Of a stretch of DNA of 56,792 nucleotides, positions 9,282 to 20,341 are shown one piece after another. The notes under the pieces were generated by a model. It was not told the DNA's origin and ran no database searches. It saw nothing but the letters and a program-made list of their open reading frames with translations. Origin of the DNA: a virus. Its lineage: Duplodnaviria > Caudoviricetes. The stretch spans positions 1 to 56,792 of the IMG/VR virus record IMGVR_UViG_3300030107_005298; one strand, written 5' to 3'. Each line of letters begins with the position of its first letter. The first letter of the stretch is position 1. Position numbers and translations under genes: made by a program.

Positions 9282-10325
9282 ATGGCAGAAAGATACGACC
9301 CATACAATACGCTTGCTGCAACTTTGCCTAAGGAATCTTTCCTTAGACCAGAGTTTCAGGCCCGCGACTTAGACGAATTACTAGACAGCTTGTTGATTTT
9401 CGATGACATTTTGCCAAAGCAAACAGTCGATGCAACAACTTTCTCGTACCAGATTGAAACAGATGGTGCAGGCACGGGAACCCGTGGCAGCGCTAGTTCT
9501 GATGTAAAGAAAGAATACGCCCCACTTAGGGCTGACGGCTCAGAGTTCTCCTACGTAAGTGTATCTCCACTAGAGATGGCTGTAGGCGTTCTTCAAGCAA
9601 GAGGTGTTGCATTCAAATTGACAGAAGCAGCAAGGCAAGACCACGAGAGACTAATGATAGACCCTCTCGCAAGGACTCGCAAGCGCGTTGCTTACTGGCT
9701 AGCTGAGCAAATCAACGCAGAAATGGTAACAACTTTGACAAATGATTTCAGCGTCACTAACACAGATGACACTGGAATGGAAGACATTATGTCTCAATCG
9801 TCAGACTTCGGTACCGAAAACACCGTTGGGCACTTAGCTGGTGCATTAGACTCAACCTATTATTGGGATGAGGCAGATGCAAACCCAGTCAGGACAATTC
9901 TAGACCTTCAGACTGTCTTTGAAGACCAAGATGGTTACAACTATAGTTTAACCGACGTTTATATGAGATACCGCGATTTACACTTACTAAGTACATTTAT
10001 TACTGAAGTAGGTGCAGATTGGGCAATGGACCCACTTGGCGGATTCACAGCATCTAACATCGCTGGAATTACATTCCACGGTTTAAAGAACGTTGCTGGA
10101 TTCCCAACCACAGTAGGTGACGGATATATTATGGGACTTGACAGGAACAACCCTGTAGGACAAACTTATCAAAGTTTCTCCAAGGAATTCCCACAAGTCA
10201 ACAATATGTCTTTCCACTCTTATATGGACGACGCTACGCACGACTTCCACTATCAAATGTTCTACACACGTGGAACTGTGGTTGTTGAGCCAAAAGCTAT
10301 GGCCGTCTTGAAAGTCAGAGACTAA
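9282..10325 (+). CDS. Major capsid protein (HK97 fold)
   Basis: 347 aa, canonical position, C-terminal VVEPKAMAVLKV typical of HK97-fold MCPs. Confidence 0.85.
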   Translation: MAERYDPYNTLAATLPKESFLRPEFQARDLDELLDSLLIFDDILPKQTVDATTFSYQIETDGAGTGTRGSASSDVKKEYAPLRADGSEFSYVSVSPLEMAVGVLQARGVAFKLTEAARQDHERLMIDPLARTRKRVAYWLAEQINAEMVTTLTNDFSVTNTDDTGMEDIMSQSSDFGTENTVGHLAGALDSTYYWDEADANPVRTILDLQTVFEDQDGYNYSLTDVYMRYRDLHLLSTFITEVGADWAMDPLGGFTASNIAGITFHGLKNVAGFPTTVGDGYIMGLDRNNPVGQTYQSFSKEFPQVNNMSFHSYMDDATHDFHYQMFYTRGTVVVEPKAMAVLKVRD

Positions 10326-10340
10326 GGAAGACAATAATTT

Positions 10341-10396
10341 GGGAAGTACTATCCGTCTTGCTTTGATTGCATTGCGAGAATGGATAGTGCACGCCC
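10341..10396 (+). other. Long RNA hairpin immediately 3' of MCP
   Basis: GTACTATCCGTCTTGC pairs with GCGAGAATGGATAGTGC (one bulge, G-U pairs only valid on the + strand). Confidence 0.6.
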
Positions 10397-10425
10397 TTAC
10401 AAAAAAATAAGGAGGAAACTCAAAA

Positions 10426-10893
10426 ATGGCATTAGACACAGATTACGATGACTACAAAAAGATTAGTGACGTTAGATTAAATAAAATCAACACACGAAGA
10501 ACATTAGCAAACACAATAGAAAGAGCATCTACAATCGTTTACACACGTGAAATCGCAAACTCAAACGCAGGAGACCACTCAATGGGTGTTGCTGCATTTG
10601 ATATGGAGCTTATAAAAGCTTACGTAGAATTCCGTGGAGACGAAGGTACCAACGGTACAGTTGCACTTGAAAAATGGGATGATGTTGGTGGTTCTACACA
10701 AGCAGCAATGACCGCAGCAGCTACAGTTAGCGCAGGCGCAGCAGCTATTGTAACACTTACACCAAACAGTGACGGAACCGAAAAAATGACCGCTGGCGAA
10801 AAATTAAATATCGTTACAGCAAGCATTGACGGTGGAGTTGCAGCTATTGTAACACTAGTTTTCAAGTTAGTCGATAACGTAGATAATAGTTAG
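10426..10893 (+). CDS. Putative virion (head-associated) protein
   Basis: GGAGG SD; Ala/Thr/Gly-rich beta composition; follows MCP. Confidence 0.6.
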   Translation: MALDTDYDDYKKISDVRLNKINTRRTLANTIERASTIVYTREIANSNAGDHSMGVAAFDMELIKAYVEFRGDEGTNGTVALEKWDDVGGSTQAAMTAAATVSAGAAAIVTLTPNSDGTEKMTAGEKLNIVTASIDGGVAAIVTLVFKLVDNVDNS

Positions 10894-10918
10894 ATAACAT
10901 AATTTAGGGAGGATAATT

Positions 10919-11476
10919 ATGGCAGGAACTTGTACAGTATATAAAAGCAAAAATTTTGGACCAAGATGGTCTGGAACTAAAGAATTAGCAGCATATTTCG
11001 CTACAACTGATGGAGTGGCGTTAGGAACTGAATTGATTGGAGCAGGTGGTACATCCACTTACTCTGTATTAATAGACCCTTACGGCAGCGTTCAGACACA
11101 AACAGCTGAAGCAGATACATCTACTAACATTCTTACAATGGATAAGTATAAGAATGTTTCAGTTTATATCGTTCACCAAGGTGATACACATACACTGACA
11201 GCACAAATATGGTCTTGTCCGCCACAACCAACTATAGCAGACAGAGATGCAGCAGCCGCTGCAATTACATCTTCAACGCACAATAGATTGGATACGGCAG
11301 CAGGATTACCATACGGTTGGACACAAGAAGGTTCAGATATAACAATCGCCGCAGGCGCTAATGATATATCTAAATTGACTGCAACCGGTGGAATGATTGC
11401 AGTAGCAGTTAAGTCAGCCGGCGCTTTAGATTCAGATGATGTTGTAAAAGTATACGTAGTTGGCGAATACGCCTGA
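10919..11476 (+). CDS. Putative virion protein
   Basis: GGAGG SD; beta-rich composition. Confidence 0.6.
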   Translation: MAGTCTVYKSKNFGPRWSGTKELAAYFATTDGVALGTELIGAGGTSTYSVLIDPYGSVQTQTAEADTSTNILTMDKYKNVSVYIVHQGDTHTLTAQIWSCPPQPTIADRDAAAAAITSSTHNRLDTAAGLPYGWTQEGSDITIAAGANDISKLTATGGMIAVAVKSAGALDSDDVVKVYVVGEYA

Positions 11477-11486
11477 GGTATTTTAA

Positions 11487-11765
11487 TTGGATTCCTCAGA
11501 GCTGGCCGAATGCGTCATACGAATGGACGAACGTCTAAAGATAATTAGCGAAGATTTTCACGAGTTAAGAGGCGATTTCGTAGACGTTAAAAAAGACACT
11601 ACAGTCTTACGCACAGAGATGACCAATCACTTGGCTCATCATCAGATGTTCGAAGAGACTATACCAGCTTTATCCAAACAACAACTTATAGCATATACTG
11701 GCGGAACTGCGGCAATAATAGTCGCAGCAATTGAAATAATATTAAACTCTGTGGGTGGTGCATAA
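11487..11765 (+). CDS. Coiled-coil protein with C-terminal membrane anchor
   Basis: TTG start with GAGGT SD; heptads followed by LIAYTGGTAAIIVAAIEIIL. Confidence 0.6.
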   Translation: MDSSELAECVIRMDERLKIISEDFHELRGDFVDVKKDTTVLRTEMTNHLAHHQMFEETIPALSKQQLIAYTGGTAAIIVAAIEIILNSVGGA

Positions 11766-13801
11766 TGGCGGTCAACACTTGGGATGGTGCATCAGATACG
11801 AATTGGAACGATGCAGCTAATTGGAATACTACTGGCGTAACAGATAGAGTTCCTACTGCTGATGATGATGTAGTTATTGCAAACGTATCAAACAACTGCG
11901 TTATGCCTGATGGATTAAATCCAACTATCAATTCATTATTGGTAGAAAGTAGTGCAAGTCTTACAGCAGGTAATAACAACATAACAATAGACAGTCATCC
12001 TGCAAGTGGAACAAATAGGCCGATTGACCTTAGTGGAACTTTTGTCAAAGGCACATCAACTTTAACTTTTACTTACAGTGCAGCCGAAACTAAATATTTA
12101 AATTTTAGAGGTGTGGAAGTTCATAACGTAGTTATAAATGGTGCAAATACAACCTTTGCTATTGGTAATGGTGCTTTGACGGCAACAGGTGATGTTACAG
12201 TAACGGCAGGAACATTGGACACTTACTCTGCACAAAATAATGCACTTACAGTAGCAGGAAATACATTAGTAGACGGAACATTAACAGGCAATAATTCTAC
12301 ATTAACGTTTGGAACAGATGGAGTTCACGGCAGCACAGAAGGAGGATGTTTACTTGTTAATTCTTCAGGAACATTTACTTTTGGTTCTGGTGATGTAACT
12401 ATATTTAGTGGATTTACAGCTAAAGGGACTGAAGGTTCCCCTAATGTAACAAGCACGGGTGGTGGTGACATTTTAATTAAAGGTAGAACTAATAATGGTT
12501 TTATGAATAGTCACAGTCATCAAGGAACTAACATTACTGGAGACTACATTATAGATTATGACAATAATGCTATTTTTGATAATCGAAGTGGAACTACTAT
12601 TGCTTGTGGAAAATTTATAATTAAACACGGTGGGCGAACTTATGAGCCGTGGAATAATTCTGCACAAGCTACATTTAAAATAATAGGAGATATGGATATT
12701 CAGAATGGAACTTTTGATACAGAATATTCAGGACAAAGTAGTCAGCACCTTACAGTAACAGGAAATGTAGATATAACAGGAACATTAACTTGTAATGCTT
12801 CAGCAGTTAGTTTTGGTAGTCTTAAATGTCAAGGAAGTAGCACGCTTACTGCAACAAGTGGGACAACAACTATTACATCAGAAAATAGTAGCGGTCAAGC
12901 AATAATTATGAATAACTCGATGACTTTTAACAATAGTGATGGGACATTTTTAATTACTACTCCAGCAGCAACTAACATTTATTTTAAATCAGATAATGCT
13001 TTGCATCATTTAACAATTAATCACTCAAGTGCAGACATAGTTTTAGCAGGCAATCCTGATGATTTGAAATGCGAAGGAGACCTTACAATAACAGCAGGAA
13101 CTTTGCAGTCAACAACTTCAGGAGCTACTTTAGAAGTAGACGGTGATGCAAGTGTAACTGGCACACTTAATTGGTCTGGAACGTCAGGCGGTGCAGTTGA
13201 GTTAGGAAGTCTTGAAATAGCAAGTGGAGGAACATACAATGCAACAAGCGGAACTACTACTATTACAACAGGAGCTGCTACATATAGTTCAGAAGGTAGT
13301 TTTGCAATAGTAGGGGGTGGAACATTTACACACAATAATGGCACTCTCGTTCTTGATAGCGTAGGCCAACGTTTACCAAAAGGAGGAACCTTTTACAATG
13401 TAACACTAACTGGTTCACAATCTACAGGTGGACTTTATTTATACAATAGCGTTCTTTCACCAGCAGGTATAATGCCTGATGGAACAACAGGAGCTAATTA
13501 CGTTTCAATATTAGGGACTTTATCTATAACTGATGATGAATTTAGACCTTACAATGCAGATAAAGTATATGTTCATAATTTAATTATAGGTGACGGCACA
13601 GGTTCTGCAAACGAAGCTAAGTTTGATATGAGTGAAGCGGACACATTTGATGGGACTGTTTTTGTAGATAATGTTACTATAAATTCAGATGGTCAGTTAT
13701 TGTTTGGAGATGGGGACGAAACTTCATCTACTGTTGGTTCTTCAGCACTTAATATATATGGTGCGTTTAGAAATATTGGAGGGTCAGTAGACATAACATA
13801 A
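11765..13801 (+). CDS. Beta-helix/autotransporter-like adhesin (virion fibre/spike)
   Basis: N-terminal WDGASDTNWNDAANW...PTADDDVVI motif; recurrent LTVTG.V.ITGTL repeats. Confidence 0.7.
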   Translation: MAVNTWDGASDTNWNDAANWNTTGVTDRVPTADDDVVIANVSNNCVMPDGLNPTINSLLVESSASLTAGNNNITIDSHPASGTNRPIDLSGTFVKGTSTLTFTYSAAETKYLNFRGVEVHNVVINGANTTFAIGNGALTATGDVTVTAGTLDTYSAQNNALTVAGNTLVDGTLTGNNSTLTFGTDGVHGSTEGGCLLVNSSGTFTFGSGDVTIFSGFTAKGTEGSPNVTSTGGGDILIKGRTNNGFMNSHSHQGTNITGDYIIDYDNNAIFDNRSGTTIACGKFIIKHGGRTYEPWNNSAQATFKIIGDMDIQNGTFDTEYSGQSSQHLTVTGNVDITGTLTCNASAVSFGSLKCQGSSTLTATSGTTTITSENSSGQAIIMNNSMTFNNSDGTFLITTPAATNIYFKSDNALHHLTINHSSADIVLAGNPDDLKCEGDLTITAGTLQSTTSGATLEVDGDASVTGTLNWSGTSGGAVELGSLEIASGGTYNATSGTTTITTGAATYSSEGSFAIVGGGTFTHNNGTLVLDSVGQRLPKGGTFYNVTLTGSQSTGGLYLYNSVLSPAGIMPDGTTGANYVSILGTLSITDDEFRPYNADKVYVHNLIIGDGTGSANEAKFDMSEADTFDGTVFVDNVTINSDGQLLFGDGDETSSTVGSSALNIYGAFRNIGGSVDIT

Positions 13802-16800
13802 TGGCAATTAATCTTAATTTTTTAGGCACGGGCGGAATAATAGAAGGTAATTTAGGAACAGCAAACGTTGATGTAAATCTCGACAAGTCTTTGATGTTTG
13901 ACGGTACTAATGATTTTATTGATTGTGGCACTGATACTGACCACGACTTTACTGACCATTTTACTTTAGCTTGTTGGGCCAAAAACGACAACGCAACAAC
14001 TACAGGTGGCGACAGGGAACACATAATAGCTAAATATGAAGGAAGTAATGGTAAAAGAATATTTAGATTATATCTTCACGGCAGCACGTTAAGATTTGGT
14101 GTAGGATATAACAGTGGTAACAATTCAGTAGAGATTACACATAGTATGACAGGCTTAGCTGAACATTGGAATCACTATGCAGCTTCTTTTGATGGTGGAG
14201 TTATGAAACTTTACGTTAATGGTGTTTTAGTTACTAACACAGACAACAGTGGTACACTTACAGCTATTCACGCGAACAATGCCATTGAATTAGAAATTGG
14301 AGCATATCAAAGTGGTTCACACACTTGGACAGGCCAGATAGCTGACGTTAGGATTTACAACGCAGTACTTACGGATGCTAATGTACAATTCTTAGCAAGT
14401 AAGATTAATACTGACAAATCATTAGGAGCAGGTACTACAAATCTAAAAGGATACTGGAAGTTAAATAACGAAACAGCATCAGGTGGTGGTAGCGGAACAG
14501 GTTTTGTTGTAGATGAATCAGGTACAGTAAATCAAGGAACTTTAACTAACTTCTCAGGTACTTACTGGGATTATGACGCTTACTATGTAGATATATATGA
14601 TAATAGTACAACGACAGATGGAACGTTTACAGTAACACAAGGAAAGGTAGAGGGTAAGGCTTTGTCTGCTGCCGATTTTGACGGCAGTTCAGATTATTTT
14701 ATTCAGACAGATTCGGCTTTAAATTACACAAACAATTTTACTTTAGCAGCTTGGATTAGACCTGATTCAGTAAGCACTCAATTAGTTGTATTAAGTAGAG
14801 GTGTTACAGATAACTCATCGAGTCAATATACGTTTGGTATTAATAGTCAACAAATAAGGTTTACAAAAGAAGGAGTAGATAATTTAGACAGCGGAACAAA
14901 CGTTCTTGTAGCAGATAAATGGAATCATATAGCAGTTACAATAAGTAGCACAGATGGAGTTACATTTTACCACAATGGTGTAAATGTTGGAACTAACGCT
15001 AACACTACAAATTGTAATGCATCGTCTGGAGGATTTTATGTGGGAAGAAGATGGAATGGCGATTACGATTTTGACGGAGAAATTAAAGAAATAAAAATAT
15101 TTGATTATGTAAAAAGTGCAGACCAAGTAGCTTCTCTTTACTCTAACACATATCCACAAACACCTGAGCATTATTGGAAATTTGACGAAGGTTCAGGAAA
15201 TGCAGTTAATTCAGGAACGTCAGGAATTGGAGTATTATCTGAAGCAGGAAGTTGCGGAAGAGTAAACGGCACTCTTGACCTTGACGGAACACTTACGACT
15301 ACAGCAACCACTTCTAAACTTTCAGCACCAAGAGGTTTATTAGAAGTACAAGGAGCTGTAACATTTGGAGCAGATACATTTATTCATAATAATGGGACAG
15401 TTTCGCCAACTAATTCAGCAACAACAGAGTTTCAATTTAGTAGCGACCACGCAGGTTCTGATAATCCACTTTATAATCTTGGCACAAATGCAACAGGGCA
15501 AATGAGATTTACTAAAGGATATACTGTAGAAAACCTACATTCTAATTTAGGAGGTAGTGGACAAAATTATTTGAATGCAGGAAGCACTTACAATTATGGA
15601 ACAACCAGTAGTGCAGCAAGTTGCACGGCATTACTCAGGTCTGTAACAGGAACTGCAACAAATTATGCTAACATATATGGAGTTAGTTCATTATATCCTT
15701 TAGATTTGTCAGCTTGGGATGACACTCCACTTATTACTGAAGTAGCTCTTAAAAATGTAAATGTTACGGTAGATATTCCAGCAGGTAGATTTGCACCATC
15801 AGGCAGAATAGTTCGTTTAGATGGAGATTGTGAGTTTGATGACGTGTTAGTAGAAGATGGAACAACTTTAGATTTGAATGGACAGAGGGCTGAGTTTGGT
15901 GGTAACTTTAGTCTTACAGGAACTTTATCAGATACAGGCAACGCAGGTATAGCAATATTTAAAGGAACATATACTCGTTCTGGAACTAAAGCAGATTTAA
16001 ACACGGGAACTGTGTTTATTGCTGAAGGTGCAGGTAGTTCAGATTATCACGACCCTGTTCCAGACAAATTCTTTGTTAATGCAGGTTCGGGAACAATCAC
16101 ACTTGGCAATCCATTAGAAGTTGCAGGTTCAGGAACGGCAGATGTTATTTTAGGTTCAGGAACTATAGATGCTAATAATCAAAACATAACAGGTAGAGAT
16201 AATATAACAATCGCTACAGGCGGAATATATACAGCAGGAAGCAGTACACTTACCTGTGCAGGAGATTTTACTACCAGTGGTGGTCTTATTGGTAAGAGTG
16301 CTGTTACGTTTGATGGCACAGGCGATTATGTTACAGTTGCAGATTCTTCAGATATAGAAGTTGGAACTAATTTTACAGCAGAGGTTTGGTATAAATCAAC
16401 ATCGAATCCAGACGATTATGATAGGATAATTGAAAAAGGAAATAGTGGTGCAAGAGAATGGGCCATAACTTTTGATAATAGTGGTAAAGTAGGAGCTTGG
16501 ATAAACAATGGTAGTTCTTTAATTTCAGTTGGAAATAACACAGTAGCTTCAAACGATAGTAAATGGCATCACGTAGCTTTGGTAAAAAGTGGCAATGATT
16601 TAAGTTTTTATCTTGATGGTAAATTAGATGGCACGGCTACTTTTTCAGGAACTCCTAATACAACAGGTAATACTTTGATTATAGGTGCAGAATATAGCAC
16701 ATCATCAAGCGATTATATTTATTTATTTACAGGTTCAATAGGTAGAGTATCCATTTGGAATGAAGCATTAACGGCAGGTCAAATTCGTAATATGTTATTT

Positions 16801-19053
16801 ATGGATTTTACAACAATGGCTGCTGATAATTATGATGCAAGTAGTAATCCAAACGGATTTACAGATGGTAATGCAAAGATGTGGCTTGAGTTTAATGAAG
16901 GAACAGGAAGCACAGTAGCAGATTCCTCAGCACAATCCAATACAGGAACAATTACAGGAGCATCTTGGGCAGGAGCAGGAACATTTAATCCTAACACTTC
17001 TACTGTTGTAATGGCTAAGTCTGGAACTCAAACTATTGCATACACACACCTAGACAATGATTTTAGCAATCTAACAATAAACGCAAGTTCTACTACACAA
17101 ATGTTATCTGTAGGTCAGAGTGGTAACAATGCGTTACAAGATATTAATAGAAGTTTTACAGTAAATGGAGTATTCAAATCACATCCAGATACTACAAGTG
17201 CTAGGGTAAGATTACGAAATCCAGCATATGCGTTTAGTGTAGATTCATCTGTAAAAGCAACAGCACTAGCAGATTTAGCTACATTAAAGTTTGACGGCAG
17301 CGGTACGTTTAATCTTCCAGAGTTTACTACAAAAATAATACAACCAACATCAAGCGGAACGATATTAGCATTAACAGGCCCACTCACAGTTACGGAAGAG
17401 TTGGACGTAGCAGACGGTACAACCATTAATACTAAAGGTCATAATTTAACTACAAAAGTAGTTGATTTAGTTTCTGGCGGAACTTTTAATATAGAAAAGA
17501 ATTCATCTTTAATATTTTCAGATGTAAGTGGAGCTGGATTCGGCTCTTCAGACGGAGCGTTAAATTGTAAAGGCGCTGCAGCTGCGTCATTTGACGGTGC
17601 CGACGACAAGATGGAGGATACTTCAAACCCACTTCCAGGCTCTGGTCCCTTTACGTTCACTATGTTCTTTAGAACGTCTACAACTGGAATCAGGCAAGGA
17701 TTGGTAGATTTTACGGCAAGTTCTGCTCGTGGAATGTTAGATGTTATGACAGACGATAAATTACTATTATATTTAGGTGGTAGTAATTATAGATATTGGG
17801 ACGCTATAACATCGTATTTAGATGGAGATTGGCATCACATAGCAGTGTATGTTCCTGGATATGCTCAAGCAGATGTAGAAAATATAACTGTACATATAGA
17901 TGGGAATCTAATTAATCCAAGCGCTACTGTTGCAAGTGGTGCTGCAGAGCAACCTACTATGGCAGACTTAAAGCTAGGGTGTGGATATAGTAGTGGTAAT
18001 GCTTGGGATGGAGACCTTGCAGACGCACGCATATTTGAAAAGGCACTGACTGCTGATAACTTAACTACGTTGCGCTCGGTGAACCCAAATAAAGCTAATG
18101 CGACAAGTTATTCAGATGCTAATAATGATATAGGAGCAACTCACTGGTGGAAGTTAAATGAAAGCAATTTCCCAACCGATAATGCAGCAGATAGTGTAGG
18201 TAGTATTGCTCTATCAGTTACAGGAGCGGTATCAAATAGAATTACAGTGACAAGCGCAACTGGTGGTACGCCAACTAATTTCTGGGATATGGAAACTACT
18301 ATGACAGTAACTTCTTCATATACTACTTGGTCCAAATACCACGATTTTATAATAGACAATGGAAGTTCAAATACAGTAACCATAGATAATTCTACATTTA
18401 CAGAATGGAGGGAAGCTGGTCAAGCATTCTGGGCAGACAATCCAATTACTTGGGGAAGCTTTACTCATAATACGTGGACACACAGTGGTGCACCAAGTTC
18501 TGGATTAAGATTTGATACAGCATATGCCGCCTTCGATAATATTGATTTATCTGGTTGTAATTTTTCTTCTGGGACACCTTACGACATTAAAGGACACGGA
18601 GTTAAACTAGAATTTATTAATAGTAATTTTAATATTGATAATGTATCTAATAGTTCTGGTGGTTCGGTTATTAGTAAAGACCACAATGATACAGCTAATC
18701 TGTATGAGATAACTAGCGATGGTACAGTCACATATTCTGCAGTTACCAATGAGTTTGATGTTGATGCAGATGTAAAATTACGCAAAGGAATATTAACAAT
18801 GGACGAAGATAATAAATCCTGTGACACGCTTAATGTTTTTGCTAATGGCACTATTAGAGTTACTGACGGCAATGATTTATACGTTCAGGGTGCTTTTGAT
18901 AATGACGGCACTTGGGTTCAAACAGCAGGATACGATGGGGAAATACACGTAGGAGACTTTACGCCTTTCGATAGTGGAGACATAATTGATAATAGAGACT
19001 TTGTAGATACTGGATTCCACGACACATCACACTACTTGGAGATGGACTTATGA
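13801..19053 (+). CDS. Giant adhesin with four LamG/concanavalin-A-like domains
   Basis: Four repeats of FDG..D....FT...W...WHHIA...LY.DG...G.I.D.RI(Y/F/W)...YWK(L/F)NE. Confidence 0.85.
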   Translation: MAINLNFLGTGGIIEGNLGTANVDVNLDKSLMFDGTNDFIDCGTDTDHDFTDHFTLACWAKNDNATTTGGDREHIIAKYEGSNGKRIFRLYLHGSTLRFGVGYNSGNNSVEITHSMTGLAEHWNHYAASFDGGVMKLYVNGVLVTNTDNSGTLTAIHANNAIELEIGAYQSGSHTWTGQIADVRIYNAVLTDANVQFLASKINTDKSLGAGTTNLKGYWKLNNETASGGGSGTGFVVDESGTVNQGTLTNFSGTYWDYDAYYVDIYDNSTTTDGTFTVTQGKVEGKALSAADFDGSSDYFIQTDSALNYTNNFTLAAWIRPDSVSTQLVVLSRGVTDNSSSQYTFGINSQQIRFTKEGVDNLDSGTNVLVADKWNHIAVTISSTDGVTFYHNGVNVGTNANTTNCNASSGGFYVGRRWNGDYDFDGEIKEIKIFDYVKSADQVASLYSNTYPQTPEHYWKFDEGSGNAVNSGTSGIGVLSEAGSCGRVNGTLDLDGTLTTTATTSKLSAPRGLLEVQGAVTFGADTFIHNNGTVSPTNSATTEFQFSSDHAGSDNPLYNLGTNATGQMRFTKGYTVENLHSNLGGSGQNYLNAGSTYNYGTTSSAASCTALLRSVTGTATNYANIYGVSSLYPLDLSAWDDTPLITEVALKNVNVTVDIPAGRFAPSGRIVRLDGDCEFDDVLVEDGTTLDLNGQRAEFGGNFSLTGTLSDTGNAGIAIFKGTYTRSGTKADLNTGTVFIAEGAGSSDYHDPVPDKFFVNAGSGTITLGNPLEVAGSGTADVILGSGTIDANNQNITGRDNITIATGGIYTAGSSTLTCAGDFTTSGGLIGKSAVTFDGTGDYVTVADSSDIEVGTNFTAEVWYKSTSNPDDYDRIIEKGNSGAREWAITFDNSGKVGAWINNGSSLISVGNNTVASNDSKWHHVALVKSGNDLSFYLDGKLDGTATFSGTPNTTGNTLIIGAEYSTSSSDYIYLFTGSIGRVSIWNEALTAGQIRNMLFMDFTTMAADNYDASSNPNGFTDGNAKMWLEFNEGTGSTVADSSAQSNTGTITGASWAGAGTFNPNTSTVVMAKSGTQTIAYTHLDNDFSNLTINASSTTQMLSVGQSGNNALQDINRSFTVNGVFKSHPDTTSARVRLRNPAYAFSVDSSVKATALADLATLKFDGSGTFNLPEFTTKIIQPTSSGTILALTGPLTVTEELDVADGTTINTKGHNLTTKVVDLVSGGTFNIEKNSSLIFSDVSGAGFGSSDGALNCKGAAAASFDGADDKMEDTSNPLPGSGPFTFTMFFRTSTTGIRQGLVDFTASSARGMLDVMTDDKLLLYLGGSNYRYWDAITSYLDGDWHHIAVYVPGYAQADVENITVHIDGNLINPSATVASGAAEQPTMADLKLGCGYSSGNAWDGDLADARIFEKALTADNLTTLRSVNPNKANATSYSDANNDIGATHWWKLNESNFPTDNAADSVGSIALSVTGAVSNRITVTSATGGTPTNFWDMETTMTVTSSYTTWSKYHDFIIDNGSSNTVTIDNSTFTEWREAGQAFWADNPITWGSFTHNTWTHSGAPSSGLRFDTAYAAFDNIDLSGCNFSSGTPYDIKGHGVKLEFINSNFNIDNVSNSSGGSVISKDHNDTANLYEITSDGTVTYSAVTNEFDVDADVKLRKGILTMDEDNKSCDTLNVFANGTIRVTDGNDLYVQGAFDNDGTWVQTAGYDGEIHVGDFTPFDSGDIIDNRDFVDTGFHDTSHYLEMDL

Positions 19054-19229
19054 AGATAGGTGAATGGGTTAGAAAGTTACAGATACTTCCTGGAAGTAAC
19101 AGGAGAAGAGTACACAATGGTATCAGAAATCAAATGAAAGCTGATGAAGATACGTTTGATGCTAAGTGGTGGGACACAGAAATAACAGAAAGTAAATGGA
19201 AAGAAATGCTAAAGGAGGCATTAAAATGA
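19050..19229 (+). CDS. 59-aa hypothetical protein (MKIGEWVRKLQ...)
   Basis: ATGA overlaps at both ends; translated by hand. Confidence 0.55.
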   Translation: MKIGEWVRKLQILPGSNRRRVHNGIRNQMKADEDTFDAKWWDTEITESKWKEMLKEALK

Positions 19230-19420
19230 AATTGGATTTGGAAGAATTTATAGAATTAGGAAACGGAATGGTAAAGAAACCTAAGTACTCTGAAGATATA
19301 GAGTATGGAAAGGTTTATATAGATAGTGATACATCACTATATGTAATAGTACACGACAATGGCGATAGAACTATATGGCACGCTAGCGAAGGTATGAAAT
19401 TTATACAGAGTAAGAAATAA
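19226..19420 (+). CDS. Hypothetical protein (start MKLDLEEF)
   Basis: GGAGG SD before ATG 19226. Confidence 0.55.
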   Translation: MKLDLEEFIELGNGMVKKPKYSEDIEYGKVYIDSDTSLYVIVHDNGDRTIWHASEGMKFIQSKK

Positions 19421-19863
19421 TGGCAGCAGACACAATATTAGTAAGGTTCAGAGATTTATCAAACATCACGACTGGTGTTTTGAGTGATAGTGATTTTACA
19501 GATAAGTCAGAAGCATTGGCAGTGCAAATGTACAATGAGATAATGGATACATCGGTAACTGTAACTTCACATACAACGGGAACATACCTTACAGATGAAG
19601 CTATATCTCAACTTGCTACGGCATTAGCGTATCAAAAAATACACAGAACTAAAATGTATAAAGATACTGGTATGTTAGAATATCACCGCTATATGCAGGC
19701 TGCATACGAAGTAATGCATATGCAAGACCCAACTAAGGTAGAATATGTAGAAGGTAGAGACTTATATATACCTAAACCAACGTCGGTAACAAGCAAGCCT
19801 TACACACATACTATATCAAGAGATAGCAGTGGTTCTTCAGCTAGCACAGTTGGGGGAGACTAA
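19420..19863 (+). CDS. Putative head-tail adaptor
   Basis: Size, helical character and position before tail genes. Confidence 0.5.
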   Translation: MAADTILVRFRDLSNITTGVLSDSDFTDKSEALAVQMYNEIMDTSVTVTSHTTGTYLTDEAISQLATALAYQKIHRTKMYKDTGMLEYHRYMQAAYEVMHMQDPTKVEYVEGRDLYIPKPTSVTSKPYTHTISRDSSGSSASTVGGD

Positions 19864-20336
19864 TGACCATATCAATGGTTGAAAAGATAGAAGATGATAT
19901 CAAAACTGCATTGAATGCAGAGAGTGGGTTTTTACAACCTAATTTTACATTCTTCAGCGCAGAAAACGACGATGATGAAGATGTAGATTTTGAGTACAAC
20001 GTTCCAAATATTATATATGGCAACGAAACAACGCCCGTGGACTATTTTATGGATGGTACGCGGATGTTTAGTTCGGAGTTCGTATTTCAGGTTAACGTTA
20101 ACGAATTTAATTCGATAGACGTTGGAGGAGACACCCTCACTAGAAAACGTCTGGTTAACTACACATTGGACAAACTCCAGAAAACATTGAACGATATGTC
20201 ATTCAGTAACGCTGATGTTATTGAGTTCAATACTACTACAGGAGAAACGTCCGCAAAAGTTCCTATAGGAGAAGATGAATTCCTCTATAGGGGTGGTTTA
20301 GGTATGAGCGTTACGTACATAGATGCAACAGGATAG
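19863..20336 (+). CDS. Putative tail terminator/completion protein
   Basis: Acidic 157-aa protein directly upstream of the tail tube genes. Confidence 0.5.
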   Translation: MTISMVEKIEDDIKTALNAESGFLQPNFTFFSAENDDDEDVDFEYNVPNIIYGNETTPVDYFMDGTRMFSSEFVFQVNVNEFNSIDVGGDTLTRKRLVNYTLDKLQKTLNDMSFSNADVIEFNTTTGETSAKVPIGEDEFLYRGGLGMSVTYIDATG

Positions 20337-20341
20337 ATAAT

